In this document: positions 12,760 to 26,019 of the stretch, in pieces
Position numbering within the stretch: the first letter of the stretch is position 1
How the letters are laid out: each line of letters starts with the position of its first letter
NCBI RefSeq assembly: GCF_006345805.1
Contig: NW_021835465.1
Coordinates: 6,593-70,592 of the forward strand
Direction: 5' to 3'
Length of the DNA: 64,000 nucleotides
Source of the DNA: Octopus sinensis
Taxonomy: Eukaryota
The notes under the pieces: generated by a model
The model's database searches: none
What the model was told of the DNA's origin: nothing
What the model saw: only the letters and a program-made list of their open reading frames with translations
Made by a program: the position numbers and the translations under genes

Positions 12760-13215
12760 TAAAGTACCAGAAAGTGAGAAGTACAAGATGCTGTGTGACT
12801 TTAAAATCCAGTCTGACTGAGTAACAGCATCTGGAAGGTCTTAGTTAGTATTAGTAGATAAAGAGAATAGAAAGTGACAGATAATTGAGTTTACAGTCCA
12901 AAAGGATGAAAAAATCAATATGAGAGGTATAGGAAAAATAGAAAAGTATCAGGAGCTGGCCATTGAATTACAGAGAGTATAGACAGTGCGGGTAGAATGT
13001 AATCCAGTAGTTATAGGTCCTTTGGGAAGTATCCCTAAAGATCTGAACAGAAGGATAGAGAAAACAGGCATGAAACCTATTTTAGTGTAGCTCCAGAAAA
13101 CAGTGTTATCAGGGACAGCCAGGAAGCTTAGGAGGGTTCTTGGCATCTAAGGTTACTTGTTGTAGTCCGATGTTAGGAATTTTTCTTTCCCAACGGTCTA
13201 ATCTATTGTTTGCAT
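12760..13215 (+). mobile_element. R4/Dong-like non-LTR 3' fragment (RLE endonuclease region)
   Basis: Degenerate KML.DFKIQSD...KIEKYQELAIEL...PVVIGPLGSIP; ends in AATAATAAT. Confidence 0.65.
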
Positions 13216-13437
13216 ATGAGGAATAATAATGGTTTCAAATTTTGGCGCAAGGCCAGCGGGTTTGGGAAGTCGATTAAATCGACCCCAGTGTTCAACTGGC
13301 GCTTATTTTATCGACCCTGAAAGGATGATAGGCAAAGTCGACCTTGGTGGAATTTGAACTCAGAACGTGAAAGCGGACGAAATGCCGGTGAGCATTTTGC
13401 CCAGCGTGCTAACCTATTCTGCCAGCCCTCCGCCTTA
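13215..13437 (-). mobile_element. SINE-B copy (tail B-like)
   Basis: Consensus match. Confidence 0.8.
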
Positions 13438-13479
13438 ATAATAATAATAATTACAATGATGATGATGATGATGATGATG

Positions 13480-13512
<33 letters not shown>

Positions 13513-13545
13513 TAATAATAATAATAATAATAATAATATAATAAT

Positions 13546-14091
13546 GCCCTGATGCAGTACCAGGCTGTGGCTCTCATGGCTTCTGATCTTAACTGATTGG
13601 AAGTGTTATCATGTACATTGTTTTGTCTGGTATAAAAGATGGGCTACAGCAAATATCTGCTCAATACCACAGATTTGCTTGTCAGTTGTTTGACATAACC
13701 AGTTGAGCATGTCCCTTAGTGGCTGACGATATGTGCATCTCTGATCACGAGCAGAAGTAGTGGGGGAGCATCATAGCCATGTGTTGAGAGGTTCTTTGGG
13801 GTTTGAATAGTTCACCTCTGGAAACATGGGTGGTTTTTTCAACATCCTTAAACAACCCTTATTCAGGGACCGTTTGAGCGGGATGGCTACTCAACCTGAA
13901 GAAAATTCTAACTGGGCCCCACCTGCAAGGTCATGTGCTGTTTATCTTGATATGAGATCACCATGTCGCGCAATATGGTTGTGTGCATGTGCCTAGTGTA
14001 CCTTTATCAGACGGGTAGTCATGATGGGTATATTGGGCTTCGTATATTTTACCCCAGTGTCACTTTGATGGCATGAACTGCTCTCTCACTC
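13546..14091 (+). mobile_element. Unclassified ~546-bp non-coding insert embedded in (TAA)n
   Basis: Complex sequence with (TAA)n on both sides and no convincing ORF; single copy in the window. Confidence 0.5.
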
Positions 14092-14122
14092 AATGATAAT
14101 AATAATAATAATAGTAATAATA

Positions 14123-14952
14123 AAACAAATGAAATCCAAACTAAAACTAGAACAGCAACGGACCATGATAAAACGATGGCAAGAAAAGCCCCTTCATGGC
14201 AAATAGTGGACTGAACTAAATGCAGAAGAAATAGACAAAGAAAAATCCCAGCAATGGTTGAGAAGCTCAGGACTCAAAGCAGAGACAGGAAAAGAAATAT
14301 AACAAGTAACTGCAGAATATGTGATGGACAAGAAACAATAAATCATATTGTCGTGGCTAAGAAGGAATATATTCACAGACACGACAGAGTTGGGACCTTC
14401 ATACACTGGAAGCTATGCCAACATTATGGAATAACAACAGAAGGAAGATGGTATTGGCACACCCCAGAAAAGGTCACAAAAAACGAGAAAGCAACCATAC
14501 TCTGGGATATACCAATACACACAGATAGAGAAATTAAGGCCAACAGACCAGATATAGTTGTCAGAGATCATGAAGAAAAAAATGATTTCTAATTGATGAA
14601 TCAATACCAGCAGATGACAACGTGTCTCTAAAAGAAATGGAGAAACTTTCAAAATACAAAGACCTGGAAATAGAGGTAACTCGAATGTGGAATCTAAAAA
14701 CAGAAACAATTCCTATCATAGTAGGTGCATTAGGCATGATAAAAAATATTCAGACAAATACATAATAAAAACACCAGGACTTACAAACACATATAACATA
14801 CAGAAAATTGCACTACTGGGCACTGCCCACATCCTACGCAGAACACTTTCCATACAGTGAATATAAGAGCATCACAACAAAGCACAGCACATACACAAGG
14901 CACACAGAGCTGCGCTCGGTAGTGAAGTGAAAGCACGATAAAAAAACTACTG
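14123..14952 (+). mobile_element. 5'-truncated R4/Dong-like retrotransposon (CCHC knuckle plus PD-(D/E)xK RLE)
   Basis: ORF 14254-14592 CRICDGQETINHIV...RHDRVG...LWDIPIHTDREIKANRPDIVV, then KYKDLEIE...PIIVGALG; (TAA)n on both sides. Confidence 0.9.
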
Positions 14953-14971
14953 AATAATAATAATAATAATG

Positions 14972-15005
<34 letters not shown>

Positions 15006-15007
15006 TA

Positions 15008-15054
<47 letters not shown>

Positions 15055-15075
15055 TAATAATGATAATAATAATAA

Positions 15076-15275
15076 TCCTTTCTACTATAAGCACAATGCC
15101 TGGATTTTTGTGGGGAGGGGACAGTCGATCACATTGACACTTGTACTTAACTGGCACTTAATTTATCGACCCCTAAAGTATGAAAATCTAAGTCGATCTC
15201 GACAGAATTTGAACTCAGAACGTAGAGACAGACGAAATACTTACCGCTTAGCATTTTGCTCGGCGAACTAACGAT
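15076..15275 (-). mobile_element. SINE-B copy with tail B ending in (TTA)n
   Basis: Plus strand AATAATCCTTTCTACTATAAGCACAATGCCTGG followed by the family body. Confidence 0.8.
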
Positions 15276-15977
15276 AATAATAATAATTTCATTTACTAAA
15301 ATATATCAGTTACGTTTACATTTGTAGATGACTAAGCTGGGATTGAAAGCAAATACGTGTATTTTGCATCCTGAAATGAAGTCGATGTCAAAACACAGAG
15401 CACTCACCGCAAAGGAAACTCAGTTCTTGAAAGAAACAATTTTAAGTTCAATCCCCACCGGTGTCACCGTTGAGTTTCCAATCATCCGAAGATGATAATC
15501 TAAATCTTAGTGCTTGATCCACCTGTGCATTTACTATGTTGTATATAATGATGAGGGTGATGCTGTTCTGCTGCTGCTGCTGCTGCTGTTGCTGATGGTG
15601 GTGATGGTTGTCGGCATCGTCATGATGATGATGATGATGATTTTTGAATGTTGAAACGAGACACTCAAGCAAGATTTTTGCCGCCCACCTTAAAACAAGA
15701 AAGAAAAAGAAAGAAAAAAAATGCAACACTCCTCCACTCACAGCAAAAAAATGTAAGGAAATAAAACAGAAAAGACAAAAATGGAAACCAAAAGAAAAAA
15801 GAAATGAAAAAGTTCCTCCACCATCTTCCCTGCGAACTATCTCTCACCCGCCCACCCACCCACCCACTCATCCATGGCCATCACCTGTATTTTTATAGTA
15901 ATAGGAGGAAATGTTTTGATTTACATGCATACGTGCATACATACATACATACATATATATATATACAAATAATACAA

Positions 15978-16019
<42 letters not shown>

Positions 16020-16182
16020 AAACATCACAACACAACACACACACACACACAACACACACATATATATATACATATATGTATATATAATGCATATTCATAC
16101 ACAAGCATACTATAATACATATACATGCATTATATTCACACACGCAGTCACATGTATGTAAGTATGCTTATGCATATATGTA

Positions 16183-16230
<48 letters not shown>

Positions 16231-16333
16231 GTATATACATAATATATCTATATAGATATTTATATAATACTATATATATATATATATTTATCTATATATA
16301 TATATACATATATGCATACATATACATACATAC

Positions 16334-16381
<48 letters not shown>

Positions 16382-16405
16382 ATTGCATATATATGTATAT
16401 ATATA

Positions 16406-16442
<37 letters not shown>

Positions 16443-17079
16443 TGTATGTATGTATGTATGTATGTATGTATGTATGTATGTATGTCGTGTGTATGTGTGC
16501 ATATGTGTGTCGTTGTGAATTGCCTGCTCAGTGAACAAGTGAAGGTGCGAGTATTATGAAGAGTTGTATTATGGGTCGGATGAAAGATGAAAGGAGAGCG
16601 AAAGGAGGTCGAAAAGAGTGACGAAGCTGAAACCGCATCAGTTGCAGTGAGCTGTTAGATTACAAAGGAAGGGCTCATGAACGGCCCGGCTACTTGACAA
16701 AGGCTGCGTGGCCCTTACAATGAGTCGTCATTATATCTGCGTTGCATTTACCACAGTTTCATTAAGAAGTGTCGCATTCACACTAAAGGAAGTTATACGC
16801 ATAAATATCCATATACATATTTTCACACACACAATGCACACACGCACGCACACGCGCGCACGAGCACACACATGTATACGCATATACTTTCGTATAGTAC
16901 ATACATATGCTCGCACATAGATGCATACATAAATACTTATACTCATTTATATAGTCGCACCTACATATGTATATATGTGTGTATGTATATATACACATAT
17001 ATACACACATATATAAATACATATAAATACACACATATATGTGTATATATATTTGTATGTATGTGTGTGTATGAATGTA

Positions 17080-17112
<33 letters not shown>

Positions 17113-17232
17113 ATATATATATAGTTGTATATTCATATATATGCGTATATATATATATATCTATATATATATATATAATATATATATATATATAAATAAA
17201 TAAATATATATATCTATATATATAATAAATAA

Positions 17233-17276
<44 letters not shown>

Positions 17277-17319
17277 CACATATACATACACACACACATA
17301 TATGATATTTAAAAGGAGA

Positions 17320-18005
17320 ATTCAGGTAGGTTCAACAATTTAATAATACATTCCTCTCTTCATCACCGAAATTGTTCTTCAACATTTTGAAAGGAAATTT
17401 CCCAAAATATCATAAATACTATCCTATCTTCAACAAGTCGACTGTGAAACTCTCGTATTCAACTACACCAAATTAAGGATTGATTATAGCTTCAATTGAT
17501 AGATCCAAACTTAGACTTGTATTGGTCCCCATAATTCAAAAGCCCATACTAGTTCTAATAAAAATGATACGCCAGGCCACTCCTACCAGTTGAAGGTGTT
17601 CTGGTCTCAGTTAAACGGAAGATTAATGCTGAAACAAGACAAATATGTAATTGACGCATCCAGGAAACATGCCCACTTGCTGGATTCTGTCTGCGCAGAA
17701 ATGTAGTTTATAAGTGCTGTGTAGAGATACCTGCTACATATAGGGTAAGAATTTACATAGGAAATACTATTGATTTTAAGCGTCGCTATAGGGCTCATTT
17801 GTATTCTTTTACTAATTTAAAATATAAATTCACAACAACGCTAGCCACCTATACACACGACCTTAAGCTAAAGAATATACAATATTCATTATCTTGGTCT
17901 TTAAGAGCAGAAGCCCTGCCATATGGTACAATTACGCGTGTATGTAAATTATGTATTAAAGAATCTATAAACATTCTCCGTCAATATAACTACATTATTG
18001 AATAA
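17320..18005 (+). mobile_element. PLE remnant, GIY-YIG endonuclease (Naiad/Chlamys-like)
   Basis: HKYYPIFNKSTVKLSYSTTP ... CN*RIQETCPLAGFCLRRNVVYK...IYIGNTIDFKRRYRAH...WSL...CKLCIKES. Confidence 0.85.
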
Positions 18006-18049
18006 GTTCTCTGACGCTATGTACTATTGTAACCATAGATACCATTCAA

Positions 18050-18880
18050 CATTCAAGACTTGTGTTTTTGAATAACCATCAGTGTCATCTTATCCTTGAC
18101 CTTTGAAATTCGTAATTATTCAAATCACAAATCTAATGAAGCTAAATTATATTCAAAGCTATTCTACCCATCCTAGGCATAGTGATAACAACCTTAACTT
18201 CATCATCACCCGTAAACTTTCCAAATATTCGACTAAGGAATTGATTTTCCGAAACGCATCACAAATATGGCTTTAAGAAAAAATCTATTACATAAGAACG
18301 CCAACCTCCTCATTTAAAAAACGCTGGAAAAGAAACATAAACTGGCACTCACTTTCATTGAACTTTACAGTAACTACACCTTTGTCTCAAATATTTTAAA
18401 AACCCTCTCAGAAGCATTATCTCTTAAACTGTAAATACCACCAGATCATTGATAAAAATACTATCAGACTTTCATATTTCACTTCCCTAAGTTGTTATTT
18501 AAATTTAGGGAACACAGTAAAACTATAAACCAACGTACCGCCAATACAAAGTAATTGACCTCATTCAACGACTCCTTTCAAGAATATAAAAATATAAGAA
18601 TCTAACGGAATGGATAAGGTGTTCTAAATTTGTACAAGCTATTTGTAACAACAGCAAAGCTATTTAAATCGAGGTTGTATTCTCACTCTTATAATTTCAA
18701 GAGCCATAACCGAAGCAAACATCTTTGACTTCATATATTTGATCGTTAAGGATAATTCAATCCCTTATCATCTTAAATGGAGTATAATTTGAAGAGTTAA
18801 AGCTCATGAAGGAAATTATAAGCCATGTAATCATTGCATCACGGAGAATTACCAAATACTTTTTGCATAATCCGGCTGTC
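18050..18880 (+). mobile_element. Second, more degenerate PLE remnant in tandem
   Basis: YIQSYSTHP...KRWKRNINWH...KYHQIIDKNTIRLSY...CNHCITE. Confidence 0.6.
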
Positions 18881-19302
18881 GTTCAGAAAAGATTTCGGAT
18901 TGCAATCATATAAAAAAAGTCGTATAAATTTACAAGCTGACCACTTTCCCACATCATTAACGCTAGTTTATACCAATGTATTTGTGTGTTTACGCATAAT
19001 TGTGTCATTCCATTTATGCAATATTTCACGTTCTGAAATCATCTGCTATCTTGTAGCTGTCATCTTCATAATTATCAAACGGTCGTCAATCTATCAATGC
19101 TAACTCGGAGATGATGTATATGACTGTTAGTGTTGTTTTGACTTTGATTTAAACACTATTTTCTCTGCTTTCATCTACATTTCATTTATGCTTGATTAAA
19201 CAAAAAAGGACACTGGAATATTTAAGAAACACCTTGATCATCTCGTAAATGTCGCTTTTATTAAGTAGAACAAAGAAGCCTTTTGCTCCTAGTACGTTGT
19301 AT

Positions 19303-19528
19303 AGGCGAGCTGGCAGAAACGTTAGCACGCCGGGTGAAATGCGTAGCCGTATTTCGTCTGCCGTTACGTTCTGAGTTCAAATTCCGCCGAGGTCGACTTT
19401 ACCTTTCATCCTTTCGGGGGTCGATAAATTAAGTACCAGTTATGCACTGGGGTCGATGTAATCGACTTAATCCCTTTGCTTGTCCTTGTTTGTCCTCTCT
19501 GTGTGTAGCCCCTTGTGGGTAGTAAAGA
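19303..19528 (+). mobile_element. SINE-B full-length, tail A
   Basis: GGCGAGCTGGCAGAAACGTTAGCA head, GAGTTCAAATTCC B box, Nin/Deu-like body. Confidence 0.9.
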
Positions 19529-20154
19529 TATATATATTGAGTACTTTTATTTTGGCACTGGCTATTTCTCTTATTACAAACAGATTTTCGTCGGTACACG
19601 CATGCGCGGGCTCACATACACTCACACACACACACACGCACGCGCGAACACACAAGTCCTTTCCCCAGAACTCTCTGTTGAATTCAGTGTCACTTTATCG
19701 CACCTTCATTTTCTGTTTTACCCCGTTTCCACCCTTATCTGCCATAGTACCTATCACCCCACCCTATGCATTCACATTCACTCACTCACACAGAAATGCA
19801 CACAACTAAACACAAACACACACACACACACACACATGCCCTACCGACCCCGATCTTGCCTCGTTTGCTCTCCGATATTCAATTTATCTTCGCCACCTCC
19901 CTTCCGCTTCAATCCCTAGAGCCTCACAACCACCCAGTTACCCACTCTCCCCACCGCCGCATTCTGTAGCGCTCTTTCACCAACGTACCCAACTGACAGT
20001 CTGACGAAGCCATCAATCACCTTATCATACCTGGCCACGTTCACAGCTAACTGCTCCACCCGTATCTCGTGTCAAAGACAGATTTTTCTCGGGTACATGA
20101 CTGGCTATCGGCACGTATTCACGCACACACACTCTCACTCTTTTGCATACACAC

Positions 20155-20202
<48 letters not shown>

Positions 20203-20480
20203 ACACAGACACACACACACACACGCACACACACACACACGCACACACACACACACGCACACACACACACAACACACACATACTCTATTACACATTAAAA
20301 GTGCTAACACATTTGTACATACACTCATTGCAGATTCTCGGACACACAAATATAAATACATATCTTTCTTCTCTCATATACATAGATACATATAATTACA
20401 CACACACACACACATATACATGTTCACAACTAAACATAAATATGTATGTGTATTTATATATATACGTAAGTATATATATA

Positions 20481-20513
<33 letters not shown>

Positions 20514-20707
20514 CTTACGTATATATATAAATACGTATATAATATATATACGTAAGTATATATATATATATATATATATATATGAATATGTATTTACGTA
20601 TATATGTGTCTGTATGGGTATATATGCATGTACATTCGTATATACATACATATATACATACATATATATATGTATTATATATATATATATATGTGTGTGT
20701 GTATAAT

Positions 20708-20744
<37 letters not shown>

Positions 20745-21078
20745 GTGCGTGTATGTATGTATGTATGTATGTATGCATGTATGTGTGTAGTGAAGTATAG
20801 CATTGCTACGAAACTCTACGCAACAGTAATTTATTAATCGAACTCGTTGCCAAGGATGTGTCTTGTATATATACAAATCAGTTTACAGAAATAGCACGAC
20901 TTAACAAATGAATTGGTTCTAAATTACGAATCGGTGAGAGGGGAATTTACAATGAATTCATGTTATAAATAGCGGTTTTGTTGTCCGCTGGTGAGATTTG
21001 ATCTAACAAATATCGAAAGGCGTGAAACAAGCAGCAATGAATTAAGGCATGAACACCGATTTGATTTATTTATAATTG

Positions 21079-21457
21079 ACTAGCAGTATCGCCCGGCGTT
21101 GCTCGGGTTTGTAAGGGAAATAACTATAAAGCATTTTTAGAGAGTTGTAGCCAAAAAATAGCAAAAAAATGGAAAAAAAATTATGGTAAATTTTTTTTTG
21201 AGAGTTAAAAAGGTCGTGTTGTATCACCTAGACAGTCTGTGGTTTGTGTTTCTGATTCTTGACCCCATGTCGAATTTATTGATTTTTTTCAGAACTGGGG
21301 GAACTTTCCAAAATTTTCGCTGCGTTAGTTTTGAATTATGACATTGGGCTATGTGTGTGTCAAGTTTCATCAGAATCGGTTGAAAGCCGTGGTCAGGGTG
21401 ACGGTACAACCTGACAGACACACAGACAGACAAACTGCCGTTTATAAAGAGAGAGAT
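21079..21457 (+). mobile_element. Non-autonomous Helitron/Helentron-associated element (HINE/DINE-1-like)
   Basis: Starts ACTAG..CCCGGCGTTGCTCGGG; AAGTTTCATCAGAATCGG segment and (GACA)n near the 3' end. Confidence 0.65.
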
Positions 21458-21789
21458 AATCAATTAAATATCTCTAGTTTTTATTTTATTCATCACTCGA
21501 TCTTTCTTTCAGCTTGTTTTAGGTTCATCACTTAATGCGTCTTGTATTTGGCAACGAGTTCGGTTTTAGGACATCCTTTCCTTTTAGGACATCCCCACCA
21601 GTTTTGGAAACCCCGTTTAAAGCAGCAGCCCTTTTTAAACAAAACGGTAAAATAAAAACTAGGATTTCTTAGTTTAGTTAATTTCCTTGCTGGGTCTGTT
21701 GTATTTCAACTCGACGCAGCTATTAATATCGTTATCTAGTAGATGGTTATAAATCTAGTTACTTTAAAAGAATATTGTTATCATATATA

Positions 21790-22197
21790 GGCGCAGGAGT
21801 GGCTGTGTGGTAAGTAGCTTGCTAACCAGCCACATGGTTCCGGGTTCAGTCCCACTGCGTGGCATCTTGGGCAAGTGTCTTCTGCTATAGCCCCGGGCCG
21901 ACCAAAGCCTTGTGAGTGGATTTGGTAGACGGAAACTGAAGGAAGCCTGTCGTATATATATATATATGTATATGTGTGTGTGTTTGGGTGTCTGTGTTTG
22001 TCCCCCTAGCATTGCTTGACAACCGATGCTGGTGTGTTTACGTCCCTGTCACTTAGCGGTTCGGCAAAAGATACCGATAAAATAAGTACTGGGCTTACAA
22101 AGAATAAGTCCCGGGGTCGATTTGCTCGACTAAAGGTGGTGCTCCAGCATGGCCGCTGTCAAATGACTGAAACAAGTAAAAGAGTAAAGAGTAAAAG
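21790..22197 (+). mobile_element. SINE-A full-length
   Basis: Consensus match including CATCTTGGGCAAGTG CORE-like segment. Confidence 0.9.
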
Positions 22198-22257
22198 CTA
22201 GTATGTATAATTATATATAAATGTGTGTGTGTGTATGTATGTATGTATGTATGTATG

Positions 22258-22291
<34 letters not shown>

Positions 22292-22332
22292 TGTATGTAT
22301 GTATGTATGTATGTATGTATGTATGTATGTAT

Positions 22333-22551
22333 GTAGTGAAGTATAGCATTGCTACGAAACTCTACGCAACAGTAATTTATTAATCTAGGATTTCTTAGTT
22401 TAGTTAATTTCCTTACCACACAGCCACTCCTGCGCCTATATATGATAACAATATTCTTTTAAAGTAACTAGATTTATAACCATCTACTAGATAACGATAT
22501 TAATAGCTGCGTCGAGTTGAAATACAACAGACCCAGCAAGGAAATTAACTA
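22333..22551. repeat. Templated patchwork: direct copies of 20787-20839 and 21660-21688, then inverted copy of 21675-21814
   Basis: Base-by-base identity read directly. Confidence 0.9.
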
Positions 22552-22679
22552 GCTAGTTTAATTGTTAGTTTCACTGTTAATAACTGTATAATTATAATTA
22601 GATGTCTTAATGATATTTCTTGGATAAACTATTAGCAAATTTAAGGACTAATTACATTTACCATTTGCAGAAGAGCAAC

Positions 22680-24060
22680 ACCGTTTATTATAGTTGAAGT
22701 GGCGTAAGGATTACTTGAGCGCCTGTAGCCTCTAGTAATGACCCGGTATATAAACCTTATGAGCATTTTGTTCGCATTTCCCCTCATTTTCTCCTAAATC
22801 AACTTCCTATTTATTGTTTAAAAAAAGTGAAATTTAGATGTTACTCTAAATAATTTGTGGCTGATCTTTTAGGGAAATGATATTTTCTTTTAAAACAATC
22901 CATATTTTAATTTATTGTTACCGTAATTCTTTTAAGAAGCATCTTTCGCGGCTATATTCTTAGTTGACTGAAGATTTGGTTCGCTTGAAGTTGAAAAAGT
23001 ATTTTTTCTCTTTATAAACACAGCAAATGTCCCTGTCTTCAACGAAAGTCTCTTCTTTAAATAGTTCATGGTTCATATGTAGACCTGCAACAACTTTCTA
23101 CTTCGTTAGAAATTTCACTCCAGAAACTCGAACGCGAGAGTGAACGAATAAACAAGAATTTCCATTCTCAGATCTGCAGATTTTTTTATAATGCTCTTCC
23201 ATTTCAATGTTTCCGTTGTCAATCTCTTGATTATGCCATTGCAACAAATCATCAATGTTTATATAACAGGTGTAAACATCAAGAGGCAACTCATTAATCA
23301 GATCAACACCCAATTGAGTTTCATTGCGAACAGTTTCTATTGGTTCTTTAAATCTCTCAAAACTAAATATGTTGAGGGCAGATTTTTTTCCAAACGCTTT
23401 CATAGTTTCTTAGCAACTTCGTTCTATGCACCTTTTACTGTTTTTACTGCATCCAGCACACCGAAATATTTCCAAATTTCTTTTAGCTTTTGGCCTTGAG
23501 CTGTGCTCATTCAATTCTGATCCCGGTGCACAAGTTCCGTCTCCAGCTGTAACCAAATAGAAAAGTTCGCTAATCTTTAGCTACTTCAACACTTGGCGTT
23601 AATAATTTTTCTTTTACAATGAAACTTCTCAATCGCAAGCGCTTCCCAAATTAATTTCTTTCTTCAACATTAATAATGTGTGAGGGTGATTTACCACATT
23701 TACTCGGTTACTTTTTTCTTGGTTGTGAACAAATTTGCTGCTTCAGCATCAGCGATCCTACCTACTCCTCACACTCTAACATTATGCTTAGTCTTTTTTT
23801 TTATAGCGATGAAACCAGACATTGCTTGCAGTAGCTGGTTTTCTAATAAACGTTTATTCACAGCCGCCTTCTTATCTTTAAGCGTCATAAAATTAGATAA
23901 GGTTGTAGTACGAATAGAAGCTTGTATAATAGGCATGCTTAAACGTTGCGTTTGATCAGTTAACTAATGTTGATAAAAGCCGTTCCGGGCGAGGAATGAA
24001 GAAGACCAGTTCTTTAATACTGATCTTCGTAGGTTGCAATGAGTGCACACTTTTCATTTC
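22680..24060 (-). mobile_element. Highly degenerate DNA-transposase-like remnant (possibly Mutator-like)
   Basis: Fragmented frames CTHCNL...; AGDGT; NEVAKKL.KRL; NGNSCLFVHS resemble MULE-type motifs only loosely. Confidence 0.3.
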
Positions 24061-24117
24061 CTTCAAGTAGCTTTCTGTAACCATTAAAATCGTACAGCTG
24101 ATTGACCTAAAGACACG

Positions 24118-24420
24118 TTAGGCAATAAGCAATGATATCTCCTGGGCCAACTGCCTAAAGGACCGGTGCGGATTCTCGTGGATGAGACTGTTCAATCGAT
24201 CGTTGTTAAACTGAGGAAGTCGGCTGGAACGTAGAGTCTGTGAGGTTGAATTTATTTTCTTTGAAACGTGAAAACCACTTTTGTGTAGTTCTTTCAGAAT
24301 GGCGCTGTGTCCACACTCAGAACAAACCTTTGGAGTGGCTTTGGCAGGTTCCATCGGCGTGTCTCTCCCTTTGACTTCTGCAGTTTTCAAGCAATTCTTT
24401 CCCTTTTCACTCTCTCTTTT
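24118..24420 (-). mobile_element. Mariner transposase N-terminal HTH remnant
   Basis: RSSRLPQFNNDRLNSLIHENPHRSFRQLAQEI matches the mariner RSGRP...DP..T.RELA motif. Confidence 0.75.
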
Positions 24421-24485
24421 TATTTATCTTGTCTCTTTCTTTTCCTCATTTTCCTCCTCTGTAATACTTCCTCTCTTTAAGTCTA

Positions 24486-24520
<35 letters not shown>

Positions 24521-24949
24521 GAAAATTGACTTCAGTGTTTTTCAGTTTTGTCGTGCGTAAATATCTTTCACTTCACGCCATTTGTACGTTCTCCCTACAT
24601 TACTTATTAAAATTTTTTTTGCAGTCCGTCTATTTAAATACACTATTTACATTTCTCCCTCTATCAAAAAACACTGTGATACAGCCGATAAGCCTTCATT
24701 ATTATCCAATGAGAATTCAACCACGTCACTGAGCATTCATGCGTTAGAAAAAGATATCCTACAGTGGCTCAAGTTTTTTCCACTCAAGCTATTTTCTTCT
24801 ACAGCTTTATACACTACTCATATTTGGTTAATTTATATAACATACAAAAATATAGACATACTACGTACATACAACCGCTTTACAAAAATAGAGATTAATG
24901 TATATTTTTTTCTATGTTCATAAATTTTTGTCTAAAATATTGAAAAAAT

Positions 24950-25420
24950 ATACCACCAAAGGAAAAACGTTAGATGGAGTCTCAATATAGAAGGGACATG
25001 ACATTTTTCAAAGATCACCAAACTCATGTTGCAGCACGTGAAATACAGTCTCAAGAGAGAAGGGAGAGGAGACTTTCTCAACATCAGCAAAAGCATGCTG
25101 CAGCACGTCTGTTGGAATCTCAAGACAGAAGGAAGATGAGACTTTCTTAAGATCAGAAAAGGCCTGCTGCAACACTTAATGCTGAATCATTAAAACAGCG
25201 TTTAGCACACCAGATGCTATATATATATAGCTTTTAGAAACAGACCACGTACAAATTCGTTCTTCACAACACCTGGAGCTGCTTTCAGATAGGATCCATC
25301 CTATTCTTATAAAATATGATAATTCTCTCCAAATCAATGTGTTAAACTCCAATTGTTGTTTATGCAAAGCTTTAAAATTTCTCCACAAATGTTTTGTTGT
25401 CAATGCTGCACTTTCCTGTA
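24950..25420 (+). mobile_element. Probable Helitron Rep/Hel N-terminal remnant with ~70-bp tandem units
   Basis: SQERRERRLSQHQQKHAAARLLESQDRRKMRLS repeats followed by NCCLCKALKF. Confidence 0.5.
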
Positions 25421-25663
25421 CCACCTGTTTCCTGTATCATTGTGTGAGAATAAATAAATAAATAAAAAAAAGCGTCCAGTTTCTAAAACATGATAGAAAA
25501 AAAATTATCAAGTGAAAGTAAATCGTTGTGGGTTCTCTACTTCAGTACGCACGCACGCACACACAAACACACACACGCGCACGCAAATACACATACATGT
25601 ATGTAAGTGTGCTTGCATAGACTTCTTAACGTGTACATATGACCATGTATATATGCATGCCTG

Positions 25664-25725
<62 letters not shown>

Positions 25726-25752
25726 TATATAGATAATATATATATATATATA

Positions 25753-25952
25753 TTCTTTTGCTCCTTTTAGTCATTTGACTGCAGCCATGTTGGAGCACCA
25801 CCTTAAGGGGTATTAATCGAGTAAATCGACCCCAGGTCTCATTCTTGTAAGTTCTAGTAATTCTTCTATCGGTCTCTTTTGCCGAACTGCTAATTTATAG
25901 GGACGTAAACACCAACATCAGTTGTCAAGCGATAGTGGGGGACAAACACAGA

Positions 25953-26019
<67 letters not shown>

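Noticed and set aside
15408-15741. Poly-His/poly-Gln ORF and an AG...GTGAGT segment on the minus strand
   Set aside because: The repeat tract explains the ORF, and all three frames of the putative exon contain stops; a non-coding exon cannot be excluded.
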